From positions 49,256,480 through 49,320,479 of the forward strand of contig NC_068992.1 of NCBI RefSeq assembly GCF_001194135.2: a stretch of 64,000 bases of DNA. The letters are read 5' to 3'. Positions 35,955 to 48,800 of this stretch are shown here, in pieces. A model generated the notes under the pieces. The model did no database searches. It had not been told where the DNA came from and worked only from the letters and a program-made list of their open reading frames with translations. The DNA is from Octopus bimaculoides (lineage: Eukaryota). Position numbers and translations under genes: made by a program. How positions within the stretch are numbered: position 1 is the stretch's first letter; the number at the start of each line of letters is the position of its first letter.

Positions 35955-37711
35955 TGTCAAATGGGAAACCTATTCCACCAAATTGTAAGTAGTTGCCACA
36001 GGCTAATACGTACTACCACAGGTTGGTATATTTTAGCACATGGTAGCGTATTGTACCACATGGTGGTATATACTTCCTCAGAGTGGTATATACTACTACC
36101 TGCTGGTACATTATACCACATAGGGGTAGCATATTCTGCCACACGGTGGTATATAATACAACTGTTAATAGAGGCAACACTGGAATTAATTAGTATTTTG
36201 CATTCTTGTTGTATTGGGTTCAATTCTTAAGTTGGGCAAATCTACTTGAGAAAGACTAACATCCTTTCAAAGTATTGGCAGAGTTGATCTGTTGCCTGAT
36301 TTAACACCTCCCCCCTGGAAGTTTGATTGTCTTTAGGGGAGTCCACCCTGTTGCATGTATTCAGGCCAGGTCTCCAGTTTGAAGATACTTCCCTCCTTCC
36401 CACCTACCAGTCTCAAAGGCCCTGTAAAGGGTCATGGACATTGCTTTTCCTCCTGACTAAAACATTATAAAGAAAAGGGAAGAAAGATCTCCTATTGATT
36501 TGGCACAGTAGAAGCTGTAGATAAATTGTGTCTTAGAGGACTTTTGAGATTAGGAAGAAAAGATTACCTTAGATGAATGTTAGGCTTTGATATGACGAGC
36601 TTAATTAATTGACCAATTTCGGAATATCAAGATTGCTGAAGATCAAATGTCAAAGTTCAATGACTTCATTAAAATAGATAACTACACCCTTCAAACTGAA
36701 GTTCTGATAAAGTATCCCCTGTTTTGTAGCTTATCTGGTTTTGGTTTTGATTAACTAATTATACAAAGGAACTTTACAATCAACACATATGTTTGCTCTT
36801 CTTTTGAACAAATACCCAGCAAGAGATGAATGAATATTGCATTTTAAATCCCCTTCACTGTAAATCATCACAAGTTGAATGATTTGGAACGATATGATTT
36901 TTTTCCCTCTTGTGTCTCACTCCTTACCAACAGATGTTCATATCTCAATGTTCATTTCCTTATTCTACTGGTGCAACGTTGATAAATTATGGTGAGTCTG
37001 TTAAAGAGTTCAGACAAGAATAAAATGCATGAAATTAAAAGGATGTTCATAGGGATCACTATGACAGTGGGTTGTAATTTTATTTTAAAATTTTACTTTG
37101 TCCCTTACATAGCAATAGAAAATAGAGCTCTTATTATAATTATGGTGTCACTCAGCAGTAGACAGCCTATGATTTGTGGGTACAGACTGGATATATTGAC
37201 AGGATATAGACAGAATATAATAGCCTTTAATTAACATCAATTAAGGTAAAATTTCATATATGTGTAGCAAGAATATTCAGCAACCACGTGTTGTGACTTG
37301 TTAGAATATTATCCATATGATCAATAAAATCTGTTCAATTTACAGATGGCAGACAAACAGTGAACAGATGTGAATGGTAGCTGACCTGAACTGATCACCA
37401 CCATGATGAACGATCAGTGACAGCAACACAACAACAATCAGTTAATCTTTTACGACTACTACAATTACACCAAGAACAACATTGAAACTCTCTCAATATT
37501 TTGTCATTTGTAGTAATGACAGTTTTTGTTTTTTTGTGGAGCTTGGTAATCTGTAATAATGCTGGTAAAATTTAGTTCATCTTTGAACTTATCTGCATTA
37601 AGATCTGAAATGTAAGATCTTCTATACCTTGATGATGGAGGCTCATCTCATCCAATGTTAATACATTATTATAATTTTTTCTTTTTTTGGTGTACAAAAA
37701 GAATAAAAATT

Positions 37712-37874
37712 TGTGGCTGTGTGGTAAGTAGCTTGCTTACCAACCACTTGGTTCCGGGTTCAGTCCCACTGCGTGGCACCTTGGGCAAGTGTCTTCTACT
37801 ATAGCCCCGAGCCGACCGAAGCCTTGTGAGTCGATTTGGTAGACAGAAACTGAAAGAAGCCCGTCGTATGCATG

Positions 37875-37905
<31 letters not shown>

Positions 37906-38490
37906 ATATATAAATTCAATAATAGGACGAATTCTTTTACAAGAATTTATCAAGTAGCTAGCGTGAAAAAACCTCATAAGGGAAAAAATTCATCATTTAT
38001 TCCCGAAATATATATTTATATTTATATAAGGGTGTGAGGCGTTATTGTATAGTAATGCCCTTTATATAAATATATNNNNNNNNNNNNNNNNNNNNNNNNN
38101 NNNNNNNNNNNNNNNNNNNNNNNNNNNNNNNNNNNNNNNNNNNNNNNNNNNNNNNNNNNNNNNNNNNNNNNNNNNNNNNNNNNNNNNNNNNNNNNNNNNN
38201 NNNNNNNNNNNNNNNNNNNNNNNNNNNNNNNNNNNNNNNNNNNNNNNNTATATATATATATATATATATATGTATGTTTGCGTGTCTGTGTTTGTCACCC
38301 CAACATCGCTTGACAACTGATGCTGGTGTGTTTACGTCCCCGTAACTTAGCGGTTCGGCAAAAGAGACTGATAGAATAAGTACTAGGCTTACAAAGAATA
38401 AGTCCTGGGGTCGATTTGCTCAACTAAAAGGCAGTGCTCCAGCATGGCCACAGTCAAATGACCGAAACAAGTAAAAGAGTAAAAAAAGAG
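37712..38490 (+). mobile_element. SINE family A head (37712-37870) and tail (38270-38490) flanking a gap
   Basis: Sequence identity to the family A halves. Confidence 0.75.
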
Positions 38491-38643
38491 TAAAACTTCA
38501 AATAGATTTTAATTTTTTTCTTTGTACATATGTGTTTGTGAGATTTTATTCACATGTTTTCTCAAAAGTCAGTGCTAGAAAGGGAAATGAAATAATGTCT
38601 TTTTAAATGGTGCAAATTATTCTGTAGAGGAAAGGGATGATAT

Positions 38644-38820
38644 TTAGTAAGAAGAGCAGCCAGTCCTTACTCTAGTTACTGTATATTTTTGCCCCTCCTC
38701 TCCACTACTGCTTAGATCCCCTAGATAGCAGAAACCATCAATCACTTCCAATGACCCTTCTGAACAGTTAAAAGACTTCATTTCTTGGTTGCTCTTACTG
38801 TTAACAACTCCCATGTATTT
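38644..38820 (-). mobile_element. RTE LINE RT-region fragment
   Basis: GSLEVIDGFCYLGDLSSSGEEG..VTRVRTG is paralogous to VVDSFHYLGD at about 29360. Confidence 0.7.
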
Positions 38821-39134
38821 GTTACTTATGAAATCTTTCCTCTTTGTCAGCCTTTTCATATCATGCCTCATATTTCACATGTTAATTCCTTACTTTAGAT
38901 ACATGTTACAGAGTTCAAAACCAGTTCCTTTTCTCTATATTACATATGGACACTTCCTTGTTGGCAGTAGTGTCCTGAGCACTCTTGATAATAACAGCAG
39001 AACGACTTCGTGTTTAGCTTTGACGCTTGCCTTTCAGCTTTTTTACTTCTTATCCAAATGACACTAGTTGCTTGTCTACCGAAGTTGAAGTCTATCTGGT
39101 TGGTGTATTTGCCAGCATTGAAAATGGATGTTAA

Positions 39135-39205
<71 letters not shown>

Positions 39206-39275
39206 GGTGGTGGTGGTGGTGGTGGNNNNNNNNNNNNNNNNNNNNNNNNNNNNNNNNNNNNNNNNNNNNNNNNNN

Positions 39276-39322
<47 letters not shown>

Positions 39323-39400
39323 TATATATCTTTTATCTTTTACTTGTTTCTGTATGTATGCGTGTATACCTGAATATATATATACATACACATGCTTGTA

Positions 39401-39431
<31 letters not shown>

Positions 39432-39464
39432 GTATCTATCTATCTATGTATCTATCTATCTATG

Positions 39465-39513
<49 letters not shown>

Positions 39514-40629
39514 GCGTGTGTGTGTACATATATGTGGGTGCATATGTATGTACACACACACACACACACATGTAGTTAATGTGCACAAGAAATTGAAATG
39601 CACTGAAAAATCTCAAAAGAACATGTGACAGACTCATGACAATGATTTGCCAAATTTGGTCCTCTGTTAACTTATGGCAATAAAGTGACCAAATATGGTG
39701 CTACGTTAACTATTCTATATCTTCTACATGTAGAACAGTATCTAAATTCATGAACCCTAATACCTTTGAGTTTTTATACATTCAAGAATTTTGGGTAGAT
39801 GATTTGTTTCTCTTTTTTTTTGGTTAGGAGAAAATATTTACTCTTTATAAGCTTTTTTTACCTACAGAGAAGAAAACTTTTAACTCTTTTGTTACCTATT
39901 GAAAAACATTACCTTCGATTTAATTAATTTTGAAAATGATGAAGAATTTCATAAACTAACTTTGTCATTATTAAGCTAGTATTTGAAACACTATAGATAG
40001 TATCCAACCAGCTCAAGTAGTTTTTTTCAACAAAGACATGGTGACAAAGTATTAAATAAAAATTGATTAATTGGCTAATTCAGCCCCTGACTGGATTGTT
40101 ATGGTTGGACTATCTTTGGTCAGAGATCTACACAATTAGTGATAGCCTAAGGTTAAACAACAACAACAGCATTAATTAATAATACCAGATAAAAGTATGC
40201 TGTTGATTCTATTTTAAGCAGAGGTCAAACATAAAATATATTTAAGAAACGAGTAATGTTGTGTGTCTCTCTGAATATTCTCCTGTCATCACTACCAACA
40301 AACTGATTGATATGCATTTAAAAATAGGTTCATTTATTTCTAGAATATTCATGTTTGATAAGATTATCAGTTGAAGTGGGTTCAGAGGAGAAAGATAAAA
40401 TAATTATTAATACAGTAATTACTAATAATTAAGTGGTTCTATCATCTCTTTTTGAGAATATGTGTGTGTGTGTGTGTGTGTGTACATGTGTGTGTATGTA
40501 TGTATGCATATATATATATATTCATATATATATATATATATTTCGTATGTGTATTTCGTGTGCAAGATATATATAATCATCATCATTGTTTAACATTGAT
40601 GATTATATATATATTGTATATACATATTG

Positions 40630-40671
<42 letters not shown>

Positions 40672-41902
40672 TATGAATATGTATATATACATATGACTAT
40701 ATATATATATATATATATATATGCATATGAATATGTATATATACATATGACTATATATATATATATAAATATACATACAATACCTATATACATACATGTG
40801 TGTGTGTATGTGTGTGTGTTTGTGAGAGAGGGAGAGAGGGAGAAAAGGAAAAAAGGCAACCTATATATTTATTACTCTGTTCAACCTAATCAGTCAGCAT
40901 TCTCCATGTTTAATCATTTGAATCAGTCTCCCACACTCTACACAGAGGCTTTGTACAGATAATAGACATTTCTTTAAAACTGTAAGTAAAGACTTTATCC
41001 GGCTAATGATACATTTCTACTTTTCTTTTTTAAATTTTTTTATTTATTTCAGCACAGCAACGTTTGCTTTTAATTTTACCTCAAAAAAAGGTGGCTAGCT
41101 CGCAGAATTGTCAGCACGCCAGGTGAAATACTGGGCAGCATTTTGTCCATCTTTATGTTCTGAGTTCAAATTCTGCTGAGGTCAATTTTGCCTTTCATCC
41201 TTCCATGGTCGATTAAATAAGTACTGCTTGAGCACTGGGGTTGATGTAATCGACTTAACTCCTCCCCAGAACTTGATGGCCTTCTGCCAAAATTTGAAAC
41301 AAATTTTTACCTGAAAATTGAGAAAACTTAAAACTGAACAGTAATAAAGTAAAGAGCTAACTTTTACTATTGCAGTTTAACAAATTAATTAACTCCTTTG
41401 TTTGATTAATTAACTACTTATTATAACGACATCCTGTTAATTGTTTCAGAGTAGGTCCCTATTTAGTGTGCTTAATGTAACATTTTCCTGCAGCATTCTA
41501 ACCATGTGTTCATAGTACCGGTGCTGTGACCTCACAATGTGGAGAAGTAACAGATCAACCTGGAGAGATTCCCTGATGTCTAAGCTATGCAGCCTGCCAA
41601 GTAATGTTACTTAATAGTTCCCTATGGACCCTTTTGATTCCTATTTTACTTGGGTGGACTCCCCCATAGTCACTTGATGCTTAGAAATTAAATTATTTAT
41701 AATTAAATATTATTAGGACTTGTATAAAAATTATAAAATTATTTTGTATATTGTGGATCTATAAACAATTTTATTGCACATAAACTTTACTGGTCTGAAG
41801 CACAATTTTTCATGGCCCCTGAAAAATTTTCATGAACCCCCAATTCACCAGTCCTCGGTCAAATCTTCCAACCCATGCTAGCATGGAAAGTGGACGTTAA
41901 AC

Positions 41903-41933
<31 letters not shown>

Positions 41934-43607
41934 TTTCCAGATTCTATATTTTATCCCCTTGTGTGATATTTGAGCAAGTGTTTTCAACTGTAGTCTTAGG
42001 CTGACCAATCCCTCTTGGTGAGTGGATTGGAAGCCCAACGCGTATATATTTATGAATATATGTATATGTAATTATGTATGCATGCATATACATACATGTA
42101 TGTGTCTGCATATTTTGTATGATTATATTCCATGTGTGTTTGTATGATGCAGTTTGAGTGAAAGAACAGTGATGCTGTGTTTATATTCCCTGTAATTGAT
42201 ACATCCTGTAGCACTGTCTTTTAACCATTGCAATAAAATATCATTGAAAAACTATGGGAGGGAAGCAGCAGAAAGAACATCCAGCTGTAGAATTCTGCCT
42301 CAATAAGTCTTGCTGCAACTTGCACCATCAAGAAAAGTGGTTGTGAAAATGACAATGACAGCGACTATGACAATGATAAGGATAATGAGAATGATGAAGA
42401 TACATTTATATACATCATCACCACAGAAGAAAATACAAACATTCTCTTCTACTCAAATGATGTAACACAGTATAGGTAATTATCTCTAATTTCAATGGTG
42501 TTAAGCAGATGTGAGACAGACATTCCCATGGGTAGTATAGGAGGAATTAATACTCTTATTTGTGATATTTCCAACTCTATAGAAGGTAATAACACAAGAC
42601 ATTTCAAAGTGATACCCAATTTGCCTAATATACCACTCATGAAACAAAAAAGATAAGCCATGACACTTAAAAAGCAATTATGAAACTTTTACATGTCTTC
42701 AATATCATTCCACTACTTCTGCCAAATTGCAACCCAAAATACAAAGAAGAATATACCTAATGTCTTTATATGTTTGTAAGGAAAGGATATCTCTGTTTAT
42801 GATATGAAGGCCAAGATACTAAAATTTAACCCTTTTGGTACTAATCTGTCTGTGACCAACCCTGGTTCTATGGTACAAACTTTCTGTTTTACCATTTCTA
42901 TACCAAGTTGCCTGAGACTGATCCTGGTTTCACAATACAAGCTTCTTGCTTCAAAGATATTTACTGTATTTGATGGCTTATAAGACACACGATTGCACAG
43001 GATGTACCCTAGCCTAGGCTATACTTTGTAAAATAAATTAGCACTGAAATAATGTTTTAATTCCTCCACTTACCTGTATAACTTTGTTATTACCGGTAAT
43101 TCTAAGCAATTTATTGCATCCACATTCGATATAAACATACCGTAGGTGATTGCTCACCAATAGATGGCAGTACACGTTTTGTAAACATACATACTGTTTT
43201 GAGCGAGTTTTGATCCTACATTGAGTGCATTGGACACAAGGGGATTTTTAAAGCCATTTTTGGGTAAAAAAAGATGCGACATATAGGCCGTCAAATATGG
43301 TAATTAAAACTTCCCATCAAAATTGCATGTTAATTTATGTTCCAAAGACCAAATTAACAATGACCAAATTATTTCACTAAGTTCTTCATTATTTTACTAA
43401 ATTCTTCATTTGTTTCATAATGAATTGAATGAAAGACAATGTATTCAACAAGATTATGGCAATGATAGCATTAAAAGATAACTCTATTCTCTTTGTACTC
43501 TTAGTTCTGAGTAAACAAACTGTTGTTTGCTCCCCCACCATCATCCTCCACTACACCATGTCACATATTTTTATTATTTTTAATATTTTTTTCTATTTCT
43601 TTTTCAG

Positions 43608-43820
43608 ATAATCGAGCATTGTTTTTTTATTAGAAAGATGCATGATATTGTATTTGTTCCAATTGGTTATCTGACCAAAACTGTTGCATGGAAGAAATGG
43701 TTGCACCATGTAGTGAAAAAGTTGCGAAATTGGGAGTTGAAAGAAGGTGCTATAGTCTGTAAGAATGGCAATGTGATTGCTGTATCTCACCAATTTCATA
43801 TCAACATGAATGAATTTAAG
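43608..43820 (+). CDS. Profilin-like protein, first coding exon (ATG at 43638)
   Basis: Acceptor ttttttctatttctttttcAG (43606-43607) and donor AAG|GTAAGA (43821). Translation VAWKKWLHHVV...EGAIVCKNGNVIAVSHQFHINMNEFK aligns by eye with the profilin N-terminus (SWQxYVD..L...AAIIGxDGSVWAxS.GF.ITxEE.K). Confidence 0.75.
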
Positions 43821-44364
43821 GTAAGACTTTTGTTATGGTGACAATATAAATCTCATATAATCAAAAGAAATTTAATAAAATCAATATAACTCTTATATAA
43901 CCAATATAAGCTTTATAAGGTGGTGGTGATGGTGGAGGCAGTTGCTTATCTAACTGAGCCAAGGAAATTATGTTTCTTTTAGTTTTTCAAGTTACTGATG
44001 TCTGCTGGTTGCAAATCCTGACAGAAGTGTTGTCTTTTTGGGGGATGGAGTGGATCTGAACTGAAGGTTGTTAGAGGGCTGGGAAAAGTGTCTCGCCTAG
44101 CTTTGTAACAGTTTCACCAATTCAACAGCCAGTCTTAGAAGGGAAAATGAGGCTGATAAATGGTTTCCATTTTATGTTGAAAACCATTTCCATTTTTTAT
44201 AGTATGGAATGTTCTGAAAAGTGTGAATGAAACAATTTCTCAGTTTAATACGACCTACCTTTATATGACACACTGCTAGTCAACAAAAACTATTATTATG
44301 AAGAATGACCCAGGAATAGTCAAGAAGTAAGGTGAAAAGATAGATAGATACAACCCTCTTAACT

Positions 44365-44980
44365 ACGAAATAGCCTGGCTATGGAAAATGAAGGTGAAGA
44401 TAGTGCCAATTATTATTTGGTCCTTGGGACAGTATTGGAAGGCATTAAGAGGAATATAAAAGAAATTGGAATAGAGTGCGCAGTAGAACTGTTACAAAAG
44501 GTTTGCCTCCTTGGCATGGCCAGAATAATCAGGAAAGTATTAGGTAGCTGAAATGAATGAATAGCATGGTATCGTAGGCTGTATGCAAGACCCCAGGAGC
44601 TCCAACAAAACCTGTGATAAAGAGAAAATAATAATGATAAGAATAATAATGACTGTTCCTGTTATTGTAGGTGCCCTTGGTATGATAAAAAGGGTATGCC
44701 AGAAACATCTAGATAACATCTCAGGAGAACCATGTCTCAGAGAAACCTAAAAGATTGTGCTGACAAGTACTGCCTACGTCCTTAGGAAAAACCCTATCAA
44801 TTTAAATGTCTGTGTTGTATTACATGACAAAATTTTGCTACTGCCTCTGCCACTTCCCCTCTCCAAATTTTCAGTCATACTGTAACATCTCCTATCCTTC
44901 ACTTGCCCAAGGATGCTGGGTGTGTCTCGGCAAGTGATTGTAACAAACATGAAGATTAAAAGTAAATAACAATAATGATA
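44365..44980 (+). mobile_element. Two tandem R4/Dong-type LINE 3' fragments
   Basis: EIAWLWKMKVKIVPII...LLQKVCLLGMARIIRKVL* (to about 44532) and TVPVIVGALGMI...KIVLTSTAYVLRKTLSI* (about 44650-44800), frameshifted, with TAA-rich junctions. Confidence 0.75.
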
Positions 44981-45224
44981 ATAGTTTCAAATTTTGGCAC
45001 AAGGGCAGCAATTTTAGGGGAGAGGATGAGTTGAGTACATCAACCCCAGCGTTCAATTGCTACTTATTTTATTGACCCCGAAAGGATGAAAGGTAAAGTT
45101 GATCTCAGTGGAATTTGAACTCAGACTGTAGTGATGGGCGAAATACTGCTAAGCATTTCGTCCGGCATGCTAATGATTCTGTCAGCTCACCACCTTAATA
45201 ATAATAATAATAATAATAATATTA

Positions 45225-45580
45225 AATGCCCTCATGCAATATCAGGCAGTGGCTCTCATAGCTTCTGATCTTAACTGATTGGAAATGTTATCATGTACAT
45301 TGTTTTGTTTTGGTATAAAAAGATGGGCTACAGCAAATATTCTGCTCAATACCACAGATTTTCTTGTCAGTTGTTTGACCTTAACCAGTTGAGCATATTC
45401 CTTGCTAGCTGACGATATGTGCATCTCTGATCACAAGCAGAAGTAGTGGAAGAGCATCATAGCCATGTGTTGAGAGGAATTCTTTGGGGTTTGGATAATT
45501 CACCCTTAGAAACATGGGTGTTTCATTCAACATCCTTAAACAACCCTTATTCAGAAACCTTTTGAGTGGGATGGGCTCAG
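45225..45580. mobile_element. Unclassified SINE-like interspersed repeat next to (TAA)n
   Basis: GC-richer non-coding block abutting the family C head. It resembles conserved-domain SINEs, but I cannot confirm the family. Confidence 0.35.
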
Positions 45581-46077
45581 CAACCTAAAAATAACTAATC
45601 TATTCCCCTCAAAATTTCTAGCCTCATGCCAAAATTTGAGATAATTATTATAATTATTTAGAATTGATGGTGAGCATAGAATGGGATACTTTTTGCAGTA
45701 TTTAGCTGTATAACCTTGTTTTCTGAGTTGAAATCCTTCTGAGGAATCAGGGATCACCACTCTGAGCAGTAAAGGAACTTTGTAAAATTGGAATAATTTC
45801 CATCACATTTTGATTATAACTTGGGATGTAATTCTCGAGTAGAAAGTGAACCTGTGTTGCAGAATTAGTTTGTTTGGAAGTGTGTTACTGTTCTATTGAC
45901 AACACACACACACATGCACATGCATGCAAACACACATACACACATACATACTCACACATGCGCACTTATCTGTCCTTCATATATCTGCAAGTATGTTCTT
46001 GTTAATACAAAAAGACAAACAGTTTAATATTTATATTTTTATTTCCATCCCCACCAAAAAATAAACAATGAATGAAA

Positions 46078-46109
<32 letters not shown>

Positions 46110-46190
46110 GAGCTTTTTAAATATATAAAAATAAAATTAATTAAAAATTTCAAACTGTTTATATTTTTTGTTTATTTGTTTTTATTTTAG

Positions 46191-46430
46191 GAAATAATTT
46201 GCTGTTTTGTTTATCAAGATGTTGAGATGGTTTCACTAATGGGAATAACATATTGCATAAAAAGTATTTCTGATTCTCAGCTAGTTGCCTTCAATGGCAA
46301 ACATTATTTGATTGTCAGTCAAACAGAATCAATGTTTATATTCTTTAAATGTACCACAAGATTAAAAAGTATTTTAGTAGCAGACTGGTTGAAGAAAACA
46401 GCACAGAAAATTCAAGAAAGACATTACTAG
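46191..46430 (+). CDS. Profilin-like protein, terminal coding exon
   Basis: Acceptor tttatttgtttttattttAG (46189-46190), phase 0 to exon 43820. EIICCF...VSLMGITYCIKSISDSQLVAFNGKHYLIVSQTESMFIFFKC...LKKTAQKIQERHY* follows the profilin strand/helix pattern, with 25 residues after the last strand and a terminal Tyr. Spliced product is 140 aa. Confidence 0.75.
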   Translation, partial: EIICCFVYQDVEMVSLMGITYCIKSISDSQLVAFNGKHYLIVSQTESMFIFFKCTTRLKSILVADWLKKTAQKIQERHY

Positions 46431-46880
46431 ATTGTTGTGGTCAATAGACGGTTTCTATCTAAAATAGTCCATTCAAGAATCTTAAAGTGTACCACAAGAT
46501 ATAAAAGTACTTTAGTAGCAGACTGGTTGAAGAAAATGGCACAGAACATTTAAAAAGACACTACTAGATTGTTGTGGTCAATAGATGGTTTCTGTTTAAA
46601 ACAGACCATTCAGGAATTTTAAAGAGGATCACAAGAGATAAAAGTATTTTAGTAGCAGACTGGTTGAAGAAAACAGCACAGAACATTCAAGAAAGACACT
46701 ACTATATTGTTGTGGTAAAAAGATGATTTCTATTTAAAACTATCCTTTCAACAATCTTGATGCATACCACAAGATTTAAAAGTCTTTTGGTAACAAATTG
46801 GTAAAGAAAACTGCTCTAAAACATGAGAATCTTCAGCAATAATACTACAGAATGGTTTTACTTCCAAGAACCTTTGATTC
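46345..46880 (+). repeat. Tandem repeat of 137-138 bp, about 4 copies, spanning the profilin stop codon
   Basis: Anchor CAGACTGG at 46381, 46519 and 46656; degenerate CAAATTGG at 46794. Confidence 0.9.
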
Positions 46881-47289
46881 TACTGCAAAATGACAAAAGA
46901 ATATTTTGGTTATAATCACATGAAAAAAGAATCATTAGGAAATATACTACAAGATGCGTAGTGATGAATTCTCTTGCACAAAGATTCTCTCCAGAATCTT
47001 CAAATAGACCATAATATTTAGAAGTACTGTGTTAACAAACTTTTCAAGGAAAATTGCCATGAAACTTTAGAAAGTCACTATAAGACTTATTGTATTCAGC
47101 CTGTATTTAAAAAAAAAAAATTCTTTCTGAAATAGTCAAGGTTTGATTGAAAATGAGAAAAATCTTATTTTTTCACTGAGCCTGACTAACTTGCATTAAG
47201 TCTTCAAGTATCTCATCTATATCTGGTTCACTTTGGAATTGTCAAGAGGTTAGACATGACCACAGTGTAAGTACTTCCATCATGCTCCA

Positions 47290-47500
47290 ATATCATGGAA
47301 ATACTTGAAGATAACATTGTAAGCTGATGAAACACACACTGATTTTACAGTGCTCCTTAGGAATGAGAACCCAGGTTTGAAATTCCCCCAAGACACCTGA
47401 TGAAGGCTGGAGGGTATACCAGCTGAAACGTGTTAATAACAAACAAAACGAGGACAAATATCCGTCAAATGTAAATAATTCCTCATCTCTCAAATATAGA
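47290..47500 (+). mobile_element. Penelope-like element terminal fragment with a degenerate hammerhead (47392-47434)
   Basis: gacac-CTGATGA-aggctgg...ccagct-GAAA-CGT-gtt; stem II and an ACGT palindrome are present, but the cleavage-site/stem I junction is defective. Confidence 0.45.
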
Positions 47501-47754
47501 CCTGTATCACTGGAGTCAGTTATCAACTAGGGGCTACCAAGATGGTCGTCCGACACCCTACTAGCTCAGCCGCTCCATCATGCTAAGAACCCCTTAATGA
47601 TAGAATGAATTGCATGGTAGGGGTTAAAACCCCATTATCATCATAATGGTCACTATTGTTGTCCTCCTCCTCCTCCTCCTCCTCCTCATTACTACCACTA
47701 CCACTGGCACTGTAACCATCACCCTCGTCATCATCCTTATTACCGCCCCCTCAC

Positions 47755-47786
<32 letters not shown>

Positions 47787-48204
47787 GCATCTTCATTGTC
47801 ATTATCATCATCGTAGTTGTCGTCATTATCATCATCATCACCATCATCACCATTATATTGTCAATGTCTCCTCCACCTCCTTTTCCTCATCAGTCTTTCC
47901 AGTCTCTGAGACCCTACAAAAAAAAGTCATGATTGCTTCCCTTTCATTCTTTGACAAGATTTTTTTTTAAATGTGGAAATCTTCAAACATGTTCACTGTA
48001 TTGTCTACAATAAAAACCATGAATGATTTTCATTGTTTCAGTTAGAGTTCAAGGATTTTGAAGCTCATCTATGTCTATGCTGTGATAAATAAAATTTTAT
48101 TTTATATCAAAATGAGTTAATGTTTGTCTTTTTCTACTGGAAAAAAAAAGTGTACATCGGTCTATGTATGCAGTCATGTGCATGCATGTGTTTGTCTGAG
48201 TGTA

Positions 48205-48800
48205 TGTGTGTGTGTGTGTTTGTGTTTATATTATTTTTGTCCCCCACTACTGTTTGGCAACTGTTGTTCGTTTGTCTGTGTCCCCATAACATAGTGGTTT
48301 GAGAAAAGAGACCAACAGCAGACTTTAAAAAAAATACAAGTACTAGAGCTGATTTGTTCAATTAAAACCCTTTAAGGCGGTGCCCCAGCATGGCCACAGT
48401 CCAATGACTAACTAAAACAAGCAAAAGATAAATGATAAATACACACACACACACACACATATATATATATGGCACCTTGGGCAAGTGTTGTCTACTATAG
48501 CCTCGGGCCAACCAAAGCCCTGTGAGTGGATTTGGTAGATGGAAACTGAAAGAACCCGTCATATGTATATGTACATATGTATGTGTGTGTTTTTGTGTGT
48601 GGGTTTGTCCCCACCACCATCACTTAACAACTGATGTTGGTGTGTTAATGACCCCATAACTTAGCGGTTCGGCCGAAGATACCAATAGAATAAGTACTAG
48701 GCTTAAAAAGAATAAGTTCTGGGGTCGATTTGCTGGATTAAAGGCGGTGCTCCAGCATGGCCACAGTCAAATGATTGAAACAAGTAAAAGAATAAAAGGA
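48205..48800 (+). mobile_element. Two adjacent SINE family A copies
   Basis: Degenerate tail at 48205-48430, followed by a 5'-truncated copy at 48470-48800. Confidence 0.75.

Noticed and set aside
43130-43302. pogo/Tigger-like terminus (TACCATATTTGACGGC on the minus strand)
   Set aside because: Only one convincing end; no matching TIR or coding remnant.
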